Shown here: positions 53,421 through 64,000 of the stretch, piece by piece
Layout of the letters: every line of letters starts with the position of its first letter
How positions within the stretch are numbered: the stretch's first letter is position 1
Assembly (NCBI GenBank): GCA_964016885.1
Contig: OZ024740.1
Coordinates: forward strand, 176,638,001-176,702,000
Source: Eledone cirrhosa
Lineage: Eukaryota
Reading direction: 5' to 3'
DNA: 64,000 nucleotides
Program-made: the position numbers and the translations under genes
Notes under the pieces: generated by a model
What the model saw: only the letters and a program-made list of their open reading frames with translations
Databases searched by the model: none
Told to the model about the DNA's origin: nothing

Positions 53421-56400
53421 ATGGCTATGCTAAGAGTAGGCTGTTTAAATGCGCGTGGCCTGGGCTCAACTTGGAAGCAAGCAATGCTTCTAAATGACCT
53501 CAGGTCACAACGTATAGATGTGATGGTTATTTGCGAGGCCCGGATCAGCAACGTGCGACAGCTGGCCCCCACCTTTGATGACTTTGAGATGCACGCATCT
53601 CTCTGTCAGCCTGGAGGTGGGGGTGGAGTTGTCGTTCTGCTGCAAAAACATCTGGGTCTCGCAACACAGATGGTACATTTGGACCCGGAGGGTCGACTAG
53701 TGGTTCTGGACCTTGGCAGTGGTAAAGGCGGAGCGTTTAGGTTGGTAGCCGCCTACGGCCCTTTCGGGTCAATGCGGCCGGACTTCTTCCATCGTCTGGA
53801 GACTTTTCTAGGGACGTCCCGCTCCTTGCTATTAGTGGGGGACTGGAATGGTATCCTAGATGCACGCTGGGACTACGTAGGGGCCTGCCCCGATAGAGAG
53901 GGGTGTAATAGCCTCAAAGGTTTAATCGGTCGATTTGACCTCGCCGATAGATATCGACTAGATTTTCCGACTGCGCCAACCTGGAATTGGGCAAATCGTA
54001 GCGGATCATCTAGGTCGTACCTAGATAGGTTCTTAGTTAGAATTAAGGATAAGGACTTTTTAAGTTGTCCAAAAATGCGCATGGTTGGCTATTCAGACCA
54101 CAAATTAGTGACCTGCATGGTCAACCTTGACAGAACTCATAGACAGGGCCCCGGTTACTGGAAGCTCAACTTGTCCTTGCCGGCAAGTAGAGCCTACAGG
54201 AATCGGATTAGTACGTTAGTTAAGGAACGGTTGACTGGAGCGATCGTCAACAGCAGGTGGTGGGTATCTCTAAAGAGAGAGATTAGAGTAGTCTCGATAG
54301 AATTTAGTAAGGTTCTAGCTGCGGATAGGAATAGGAAGGAAAGGGAGCTAATAGATAGAGTAGAAGAGGCAATTAGAAGCGGCGACGTGGCCATAGTGCT
54401 AGCGTCGAGAACGGCTTTGAGCCAGTTTTTCGACGCGAAGCACGAAGGCTGCGTTGTCCGAAGTAAAATACGTGCTCTAGGGAACGAGGGGACCAAAGCT
54501 GTTAGCTGGGCCCGCGTGACAGAGGCCAACAGTGGAACTAAATCCACCATCCGGTCTTTGCGAGACCTGGATGGACGGGCGATTCTTGAGCCTAAGCAGA
54601 TGTGTGAGGCCTTTCAAAGGCACTTTGCCCGACTGTTCGGGAGGGGCGGGGAGCCGGTTGGGAACGTGGACTTCGGTCCATACCTCGACGGCCTGCCGCG
54701 CCTCTCGGACAGGGAGGCGAAGTCCTGCGAGGAGCCGATTTCGGCCGCTGAGATAGAGGACGTGCTGAGGCAATGCGGCAAACACAAATCCCCGGGTCTC
54801 GATGGTCTTCCTTACGAATTATATCTAGCTATGCCGGACTTGTTCCCCGATCTCCTCGAGGCGGTCTACTGCAACTGGCAACAGAACGGGAGAATTCCCT
54901 GTACTGTGACCAAGGGCGTAGTCACGCTAGTGAGGAAGGACGAGAACAAGGGGGACGAAATAAGTAACTTCAGGCCCATAACTCTGCTAAATACAGAGTT
55001 ACAGATTTTGGCCAAGGTGCTAGCAAAGAGGTTGGCGCTTGTCGTGGGCAACCTGGTGGGAGATGCGCAGACATGCGCTATCCCGTCCAGGTCCATCCAT
55101 GACAACCTCCACCTCATGCGATACATCATAGAGAGGGTTGGGAACGAACCCGGCTTTGGTGGGGCTCTGATCAACTTGGAACAATCTAAGGCGTTCGATA
55201 GGGTCGACCATGGTTACCTGGATGCGGTGCTAGCGGCGGCAGGCTTCGGACCCGTTTTCAGGGGCTGGATCACTGCTATGCACAGCAGCCGCATCTGCTC
55301 TAGGGTCAAGGTGAACGGCTACCTCTCGGAGCCGTTCGAAATCGCACAGTCCATCCGACAATGGTGCCCACTCTCCTCCCTTCTGTATGTAATGACTCTA
55401 GAGCCACTGCTCCGGAAGTTGGAGTTGTTGCAGGGCATCCCGTTGGAACCGGGATTGCGGAAAGCGGTGTCGGCCTACGCCGATGACGTGACAGTAATGG
55501 TGTCGACGGCCTCCGAAATCGAGGCGGTCGGCACCTTACTGGAGGAGTACGAAAAGTTCACAGGGGCTAAGCTGAACCGGGACAAGTCGATCGGTTTGCA
55601 ACTCGGCACGTGGAGGGGCAGACCGATGCCCTCCGATGGCGTCGTCGGACGCTGGACGGAGGGCCCGGTGAAGTTGCTCGGGGTCTGGTTCGGACCGGAC
55701 CTCCAGGTGGAGAAAAACTGGGCGGAGGTTACGAACAGGGTGTTTGCACTGACCCAGAAGTGGGCCAGTTGCAAACTATCCCTGAAAGGTCGGGCGGAGG
55801 TGGCGAACACCTACATAGCGTCCGTCATCTACTACCGCCTGACCGTAGTGCCCTGCCCAAGGGAAACCCTCACCAAGATGGAGCGCGCGCTCTTCCAATT
55901 CCTTTGGAAGAGGCGGGCTCCTATGGTGAGGAGATCCATCTGCTGTCAACACCCTTCGAAAGGAGGGCTGGGGATGCCGTGGCTAATGATGCGTAAACTC
56001 GCATTAAGGCTACGGCACCTCTACGTATTCCTCACCGGACAACCGGTGTGGGCCTCGTTTGTGAGACGAACCTTTCCCAGACTCGTCTCACTCACCGAGC
56101 TGCAATCCTGGGTCAAGCAAAGACCGAGAAAACTGGGCGCCTGGCACACTGAGTGTGCCCAGGCGCTCACCGCCCTCTGGCAGGCGGATCCGGTTATCAG
56201 TGGAGACTCCACCGCAACATTCTATAGAGGGCTGGTACGCAGCAGGTGCGACGACGCCCTCGGAGAAGCCCTAGACATGGAGGAGGACGAACTGGCCAGC
56301 CTGTTCGGTAGGACATTCAGCCCGGGACCTATGAACAACTTCCAGAAGTCCCTGGCCTGGCAGTGCTACCGAGGAGCTTTACCCGTTCGAGAAAGGCTCT

Positions 56401-56858
56401 ACAGACACGTGCGCCCGGGTAGGGACCACGCCAAAAAGATCTGTCCCAGATGCGTGTGCGACGAGGAAACCGTTGCACACGCATTGGTACACTGCTCGGG
56501 CGTAGCCGATCTGTGGGGCTATGTCGAACAACTGCTGTCAAGGGTGGGACCGATCCGGTTGACCACCGAGTCTATTGTAATGATCAAGCCGCCTCCCCCC
56601 TTCAAAGATGAAGCAGAGGCGGTGTTTCTGTGCGTAATAGCCATGGCGAAAGAGGTTGTATGGTGGACGCGTCTGAAAGGACTGAGGTCAGGCACCTTTC
56701 TCTCTGGCCAACAACTGGTCCGTTTCTTCCGATATCATTTCGGAAGAAGGATCAGGATGGAGAGAGAGGTGCTGCACCCCAGTCGTTTTTATGAAAGGTG
56801 GGTGAAAGTGGCGAGAATGGCCCGTGTGAATGGGCCTTCTCTTTACATAAGCCTGTAG
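53421..56858 (+). CDS. LINE ORF2: APE endonuclease, reverse transcriptase, C-terminal zinc finger
   Basis: First ATG at 53421; LNARGL, GDWNG, YLDRF, SDH (APE); KSPGLDG, RPITLLN, KAFDRVDH, YADD (RT); CPRC..E...HALVHC. Confidence 0.95.
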   Translation: MAMLRVGCLNARGLGSTWKQAMLLNDLRSQRIDVMVICEARISNVRQLAPTFDDFEMHASLCQPGGGGGVVVLLQKHLGLATQMVHLDPEGRLVVLDLGSGKGGAFRLVAAYGPFGSMRPDFFHRLETFLGTSRSLLLVGDWNGILDARWDYVGACPDREGCNSLKGLIGRFDLADRYRLDFPTAPTWNWANRSGSSRSYLDRFLVRIKDKDFLSCPKMRMVGYSDHKLVTCMVNLDRTHRQGPGYWKLNLSLPASRAYRNRISTLVKERLTGAIVNSRWWVSLKREIRVVSIEFSKVLAADRNRKERELIDRVEEAIRSGDVAIVLASRTALSQFFDAKHEGCVVRSKIRALGNEGTKAVSWARVTEANSGTKSTIRSLRDLDGRAILEPKQMCEAFQRHFARLFGRGGEPVGNVDFGPYLDGLPRLSDREAKSCEEPISAAEIEDVLRQCGKHKSPGLDGLPYELYLAMPDLFPDLLEAVYCNWQQNGRIPCTVTKGVVTLVRKDENKGDEISNFRPITLLNTELQILAKVLAKRLALVVGNLVGDAQTCAIPSRSIHDNLHLMRYIIERVGNEPGFGGALINLEQSKAFDRVDHGYLDAVLAAAGFGPVFRGWITAMHSSRICSRVKVNGYLSEPFEIAQSIRQWCPLSSLLYVMTLEPLLRKLELLQGIPLEPGLRKAVSAYADDVTVMVSTASEIEAVGTLLEEYEKFTGAKLNRDKSIGLQLGTWRGRPMPSDGVVGRWTEGPVKLLGVWFGPDLQVEKNWAEVTNRVFALTQKWASCKLSLKGRAEVANTYIASVIYYRLTVVPCPRETLTKMERALFQFLWKRRAPMVRRSICCQHPSKGGLGMPWLMMRKLALRLRHLYVFLTGQPVWASFVRRTFPRLVSLTELQSWVKQRPRKLGAWHTECAQALTALWQADPVISGDSTATFYRGLVRSRCDDALGEALDMEEDELASLFGRTFSPGPMNNFQKSLAWQCYRGALPVRERLYRHVRPGRDHAKKICPRCVCDEETVAHALVHCSGVADLWGYVEQLLSRVGPIRLTTESIVMIKPPPPFKDEAEAVFLCVIAMAKEVVWWTRLKGLRSGTFLSGQQLVRFFRYHFGRRIRMEREVLHPSRFYERWVKVARMARVNGPSLYISL

Positions 56859-56969
56859 GTGGAAAAGAGGAAGGAACGAGGGAGCACCCCCTCTCTGTGC
56901 TCCTGAGGAAAAGGGTTGCACACTTTTTTCGGGGGTGTATGCGACCCCCCAAGGCGCCTCCTCTCTATT

Positions 56970-57041
56970 GAGGATTTTGTTATAAATTTTATTTTTTGTT
57001 ATATTTTATAACAAAATCCTCTATTGAGGATTTTGTTATAA
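56970..57041. repeat. A-A'-A inverted/direct 16-17-bp repeat in the LINE 3' UTR
   Basis: gaggattttgttataa at 56970 and 57026; reverse complement at 57005-57021. Confidence 0.9.
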
Positions 57042-57553
57042 TTCTATTTTTTGTTATATTTTATTTTATTTTTATATATTGTTATTGCCTCCTCCCTATT
57101 GAGGACGCCTTGTTTTGTAAACTCCCCCCATTGTACTTGTCCCACTTTTGATGCCCTTGTGGCAAATAAAAGAAACATATCTATCTAGCTAGCTAGCTAT
57201 CTAGATATCACTATATCTATCGCATATTTTTATACATCTGGAGAATGCGCAAATCGAAATACAACTGTTTAACTGTATCTCTCTCACTCTCGCTTTCTCT
57301 CTCTTTGTACTACTAGATATCTGAAGAAAGCGCAAAGTAGATCTAACTGCCCCCCCCCCTCTCTATCTCTCTTATCCTATTTTCCTCCTCACTCTTTTTT
57401 TATTGTTACTCTACGTCTGGAGAAGACCTGGTACGAAAAACAACTTTCTCTCACTCTCTCCCTTACTCTAACTTCTCTCTCTCGCTTCTCTCTCCCTCTC
57501 CATCTTTCTCTCCCTCTCTCTCTCCTATTCCTCTCTCTCTCTCTCGCTTCTCT

Positions 57554-57640
<87 letters not shown>

Positions 57641-57780
57641 CCTATTTCCTTTCTCCCCCTCACTGGTTTTCTATTGTTACTCTACGTCTGGGGAAGACCT
57701 GGTACGAAAAACAACTTTTTTCTCACTCTCTCTCTTACTCTCACTTTTCTCTCTTCCTCACTTTTCTCTTTACCCCTCTT

Positions 57781-57832
<52 letters not shown>

Positions 57833-58468
57833 CTCTCTCTTACTCTCACTTTTCTCTCTTCTTCTCCTTTCTCTTTCTCCTCTTTCTCTCTCTCTTCCCT
57901 CTCTCTCTTCCTCTCACTTTTCTCTCTTCCTCTCCCCTCTCTTTCTCTCCCTATTTCTCTCTCTGTCCCCTCTTTCACACACTCTCTCTCTTACTTTCAC
58001 TTTTCTCTCTTACTCTCCTTTCTCCCCCTCTCCCCTCTCCCTCTCTCTCTCTCTCCCTTTCTTCATCTCTCTTATGTCTCTCCCCTCATTTAAAAGTCCT
58101 GCTGAGCAATTCTTTATTTCCTATCTTTTAGCATTCTGTTTATCCTTTTTTGTTTTCCTCGGGTGGTAAATCAACGAAGCATTAAACTTTTTTCCTTAAT
58201 GATATATTTTTTTCAGACATGCTTTGTTCTAAGGTTTTCTACACTCTTTTCTGCGCCATTCGCCTTTCCATTATCACTAAATCACTAAACTTACTGAAAT
58301 AATAAGCATAATTAATCTTACTAGTGTGTTCATTCTCCTTTATTTAATGTGATGTTTGTTAACCTACATTATCATCTATCTACAAAGACAAGTACTGAAG
58401 TGGTGATTATCTGCACTTATGAGGAAATCAGCCGTGCTCTTAACCTATATGTTATTCTATATAATATA

Positions 58469-59490
58469 CTAGCAGATTTACCCGGCGTTGCTCGGTGTTT
58501 GAAATTATGCTATGAAGTAAAAGAAGAACATTATTTGTCCCCAACCTGTCAAAATAAGCAGAAGTCTTCAATAATTAATGCAAACGAATATTTAGTGCAA
58601 TCTTTGTACACATAAAACTATGTTGATAATGAAGGAAAACACTGAACAGGATGTAGTTATACAAATGATTAAAGACAATAGACGTTTCAAATCTGTAAAA
58701 AAACAGGCAGTTTTGCTAAAGTACAAAAAGTTGTAATGAAAGCAGAGTTGTATACAAACAAAAAAACAATGAGAGTAGAATAAGAGAAAATCTATTCTTT
58801 GAGAGCATCCTTTGCTGTGTATGGTTAAATTTTGAACTTATAATCCCAAATATCCTGCATGACATATTCATTGGTATGTTTTGTAATGAGTAAGGTGAAG
58901 TCAAGGCAGAGGTGTAATAAGTTTTTTTGTTAACACTAAAGCACTTCAGGATAGTCGATATTCTTTGTTTTTCTTTTCGGAACAAACGCAAAGAGATTAT
59001 CTCGACTGCCAACTCGTGAGCAGGCAACGTAGAATTGTCCGTGCAAAAAGCAAGGTTCATCCAAGTGAATTCCAGTGACGGACAGAGTTTGACCTTGCGA
59101 CTTGTTTATGGACATCGCAAAGGCAACACGAAGGGGAAATTGGGTTCGGCGAAAGGAGAAGGGATTATCTACGCCTGATGTAATCAGGCTAATTTTTGTT
59201 ATTATCACATCCTCGCCTTTTCCACATCCGGATAGAATGGTAGCGTCAATACTAAGTGGAGACAGTTTTTAACCACAAGGCGTGTACCATTGCATAGTTT
59301 TGGAGGAGTGATATTTCTCAGCAAAATAACTGGCGTTCCCTCTTTCAGAACCAATGTATTAGCAGGTAAACCAGGAGGATTTAAAGAATTTAGAAATTCA
59401 ACTGGATAGTTGACCGCATCCTGTGGATCACATACAGTATCAATAGATTTATATATCCGTGGGCATCCAGGAAGAATCCTGTTCAGTATG
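58469..59490 (-). mobile_element. Helitron 3' portion with PIF1-type helicase C-terminal fragment
   Basis: YPVEFLNSLNPPGLP..LLRN..LCNGTRL..QFPLRVAFAMSINKSQGQTL..HGQFYVACSRV; 3' hairpin CCGAGCAACGCCGGG then CTAG|T ending at 58469; 5' end not located. Confidence 0.9.
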
Positions 59491-61367
59491 TTCCTTCATT
59501 GTAAAAAAAGTGTGATGTGTACGAATACAGCTGGAAGCATAGATAATGCCTGCCTCAAATATGGACCAAATTACTTTAAAAATGTAAAAGCTGTAGGTCC
59601 CAATGGTTTGAATGGAAAGTCCCATAAGGATTGTTCTAAAAATAAACAAACCATCATCAAAATCTTGTCAATTCGAGACTGCTGCGAGATTAGGCCTTTA
59701 CCGCGAAAATTAACACTTAATATAGTGAAACAAGTTAAAACAACAAGTGTTTTTTTAACTTTGAAAGTGCAACAAAGAATAAACAAGAAACAAACGAGAA
59801 TATTAGTGATTTATCTTCAAATGAATCTGATGTTTATATTTCTAAAATTTCGTCCTACGATGATTGTTGTTTTAAAATTGAAAACGAACGTCTCCATATC
59901 ACACTCTCTTTATAAGGATTGTCAATAAAGTTGGTTATCTCCCCTTTTTTTATAAGGATTGTCAATAAAGCTGGTTATCTCCCTTACATCAATTTTGCTA
60001 CCGATAATTTTGATATCGATTTTTTATTGCTCAATGTGGGTCGATTGGAAAAATGTTTGTGATGTGACCATCTTAGCGACCTGTGCAAGGTGCACAGATT
60101 TTTTACACGTAGGAACACTTACTTTATTAATATTAATCTCCCCTAAGGTCGAGATAACATTTTGGTCGTTTTAACTGCTGCTATTTCTAGTGGCAGGACA
60201 TTGACCTTTCCGCCCCTGCCTTCTATCTACACAGCACTAGACAGGATTGTTTCTTTATCATACACTCTCATCCGGGAACAGTTCTGTATGGCGCCAGTTC
60301 GTGATTTGAACTCGGGAATTTTATATTCTCCGAGAGAGAAGAACCCTCTGACGAGATCTCCTTCTCAATGGTGGTCCGCATGGATTATCCATTTATTTTG
60401 AGACTTGAAACCGCGTGGTAAGGGTAAATATAGTAGGTACAGTGACCTTTTTAAAATTTATCTTAAAACTTTTTCTCTATTTGCTAAACCTTGATTATAT
60501 ATATATCTATCTATATATATATATAAGCAAAGGGATATTTAATTATTGGCAATCCAACAAATATATATATTTATACAGATTCGAAGCACTCGACAGTATT
60601 TTCTGGAGTATAATATCAATAAACTTGAACCGTTTCCATTTATTAATATCATTTATATATATATATATATATATATACACAATATAATATGTGTGACCGT
60701 ATATGTACATGTGAATGTATGCGTGCGCATGTGTGTAAAGCATCTAGACAATACATAAAAAACGTGAATAGACAACATCACAATGATGTCTCTATTCAAA
60801 GTAATGAGCAGAATATCGGGAACATGCGCATTAAATAAGCCATTCACATAACAAACTACAATCCCAATATCAACAACCTATCGCAGGTAAATTCATCTCA
60901 TTGTCTATTATAGAGCGTGTTGAATAATTCAGCCATCATCTCTCTCTCTCTCCTCCTCTTTCTCTCTCTCACTCACTCTCTCTGTCTCTCTCCTTGCTCT
61001 TTAAAATTGTTATGCGGAACAACACACCACTGGACCAATTCCCTGACACATCAGAACCAACTGATACCACCGGCCCCCGACTTACAAATGGCAACCACAT
61101 ATTCCACAACACTATGTGCCCTTGACTCCTTTAACATACCACCATATCTAACAAGTACATATATCCGTGCAGTCGTAATTCCTTTTTTCTTATTTGACAA
61201 GTGGACGTTTCTCGAAATATATCAAGGACGATTAAATATATATACGATATAAAATCTCAGTTTTAGTTGCTGTACTTTTTCCGTTTTTGTAAATATATCT
61301 GTATATATACCTGTTTGTGTTTGTATGTGCATTTATACATACATGCATAAAAACATGCTCACAACGT

Positions 61368-61399
<32 letters not shown>

Positions 61400-61456
61400 C
61401 ACACACGCACACACAAACACATACACGCACACACGCACACACACACACACACGCAC

Positions 61457-61572
<116 letters not shown>

Positions 61573-62079
61573 CAGAGATAGAGAAAGAGAGTGGCATAAC
61601 TATATATACGATCATTCAGAGTCACTCTCTCCCCCTCTCTCTCACTCGCTCTCACATACATACACACCCATGTATGCATAGTGTACATATAAGGGAAAAT
61701 AGATTGATGGAGAAAAAGAGAGACACACACACAGACAGATACACAGACGAGAAGCAGTCAAACAGAAACACTGATACTCTTCTTATAGTCACAACCAGCC
61801 AACCCTTTTAGGCTACACCTTTTTCTCCTTTCTACTGCCTAAATGTCATTCTAGTCTATTATCCTGTACCCTTATTTTCCCGATCCCTTACGTTCTTATG
61901 CCCTCCACTCTTTTCTTAACCTTCCAAACTTACCCTTTTCTTCTCCAACTACATATGGGAGGGGGTTGCTCTATGCAGACAGTCAATGTGAAGGAAATAG
62001 CAGCTCAAACTTTTTCAAATCATTCTACTGTCTTGAAAGAAAAAAAAATGCCCGACAGACTTGATAATGTAATGACTCA

Positions 62080-62720
<641 letters not shown>

Positions 62721-63014
62721 AATAACACAAAAAACAGGTCAATGGCTGGTCCATCATTGATCGTAGGTCTGTTGAATTGAGTAAACATCGCCTCTCAACT
62801 TTCCTTTCTCCATCATTCCAGCGTCTCTCTATACAACTTCAGCCTTCCATTATACCCACCTCTCACAGCCACTCCTGCCACTTCCTCTCGCCTTCTACAC
62901 GTACACACACACACATATATAGACAAACAAATTACACACACTGTCACCGACACTCCCTGCTCTCTTTATTCTTGCTCGACTTCGCTCCACATTATATAAC
63001 TATTTAAATATTCG

Positions 63015-63046
<32 letters not shown>

Positions 63047-63246
63047 TATATATATATATATATATATATCTGTATGTGTGTGTGTGTGTGTGTGTATGCG
63101 CGTTTGCATTTATGTACGCATATGTATAAATGTATACATATATATATATATATATACATATATACATATGCGTACATAAATGCAAACGCGCATACACACA
63201 CATGTATGTATGTATATATATATATGTATATATATATATGTATATA

Positions 63247-63363
<117 letters not shown>

Positions 63364-63544
63364 CCATTTTGAACCCTTTCTCCGCTCACATAACTTACCA
63401 CTGCAACCGCCATCACGACACCCACCGACTACAAAACCAGAACTATCAGCCATTATGCAAACACACGCAGGAAAAGAGAAAGCAGAATTGGGTTGGTGTT
63501 TGCGAGAATGATAAAGTGATGAAAAAAAGAATATATATATATGT

Positions 63545-63599
<55 letters not shown>

Positions 63600-63701
63600 T
63601 CTAGTGTACATATTTCATTCATATTGGCTAATGTATACACTCACACACAGTCACTCCCACACATACACACTCACACACAAACACACAAATATATATATAT
63701 A

Positions 63702-63883
63702 GGAAAAGAGTCAGGACCCCAACGGATGAGCTCCGGCCGTTTTGACAGCTATCTAGCTGTCGTAACGGCTGGAGCTCAGCTGTCGGGGTCTTGACCCTTT
63801 TTCTATTACCCACTCTACTACCCTAAGTATCGAGTACTTTGGTGCGCTATGTTCCACCTGGTTCCTTACCACACTTTATTCGT
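63702..63883 (+). mobile_element. Family F fold-back element in (TA)n
   Basis: Inverted arms centred ~63752; same tail and termini as the other F copies. Confidence 0.85.
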
Positions 63884-64000
63884 TATATATATATATCATA
63901 GATTGAGTTAGACACTCAAAATAGTCTTTTACAATTAAATAGCTCAAGGAAGGGAATCGTTCCGAGCCGTGTAATACAATTAAATATATGAGGGAGATGA

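Larger units (their letters stand above)
51379..57177 (+). mobile_element. Full-length Tx1/L1-clade non-LTR retrotransposon
   Basis: 5' UTR, ORF1, ORF2, 3' UTR with AATAAA 57165-57170; candidate 11-bp TSD TATCTATCTAG at 51368-51378 and 57178-57188. Confidence 0.93.

Noticed and set aside
59410-60401. Plus-strand ORFs of 70-170 aa next to the Helitron
   Set aside because: No recognisable motifs; partly antisense to the helicase remnant; the Helitron 5' end could not be placed.

Overview
AT-rich, microsatellite-saturated eukaryotic (metazoan) non-coding DNA. The SINE, R4/Dong, RTE and Penelope content looks like an octopus/cephalopod genome (inference). I could not support any host protein-coding exon; nearly all short ORFs in the track are microsatellite translations. 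Recognisable content: (1) a full-length Tx1/L1-clade LINE (51379-57177) inserted in a (CTAT)n tract, with ORF1 and an open APE-RT-zinc finger ORF2, plus a truncated relative at 1-1860; (2) decayed RTE, CR1-like, R4/Dong, Penelope (RT and GIY-YIG), Tc1/mariner, pogo and Helitron pieces; (3) about 15 tRNA-derived SINE copies. The most interesting signal is a set of at least 8 short non-coding element families, mostly unrelated in sequence, all inserted in (TA)n tracts. They share one architecture: a sense copy ending in a roughly 50-120 nt tail plus an inverted 5' copy lacking that tail. Most carry type I hammerhead ribozyme folds, including two tandem arrays (465-bp and ~429-bp units, one hammerhead per unit) that resemble Penelope-mobilised retrozymes, and several non-canonical hammerhead cores. 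All folds and alignments were done by eye and need computational and biochemical confirmation.
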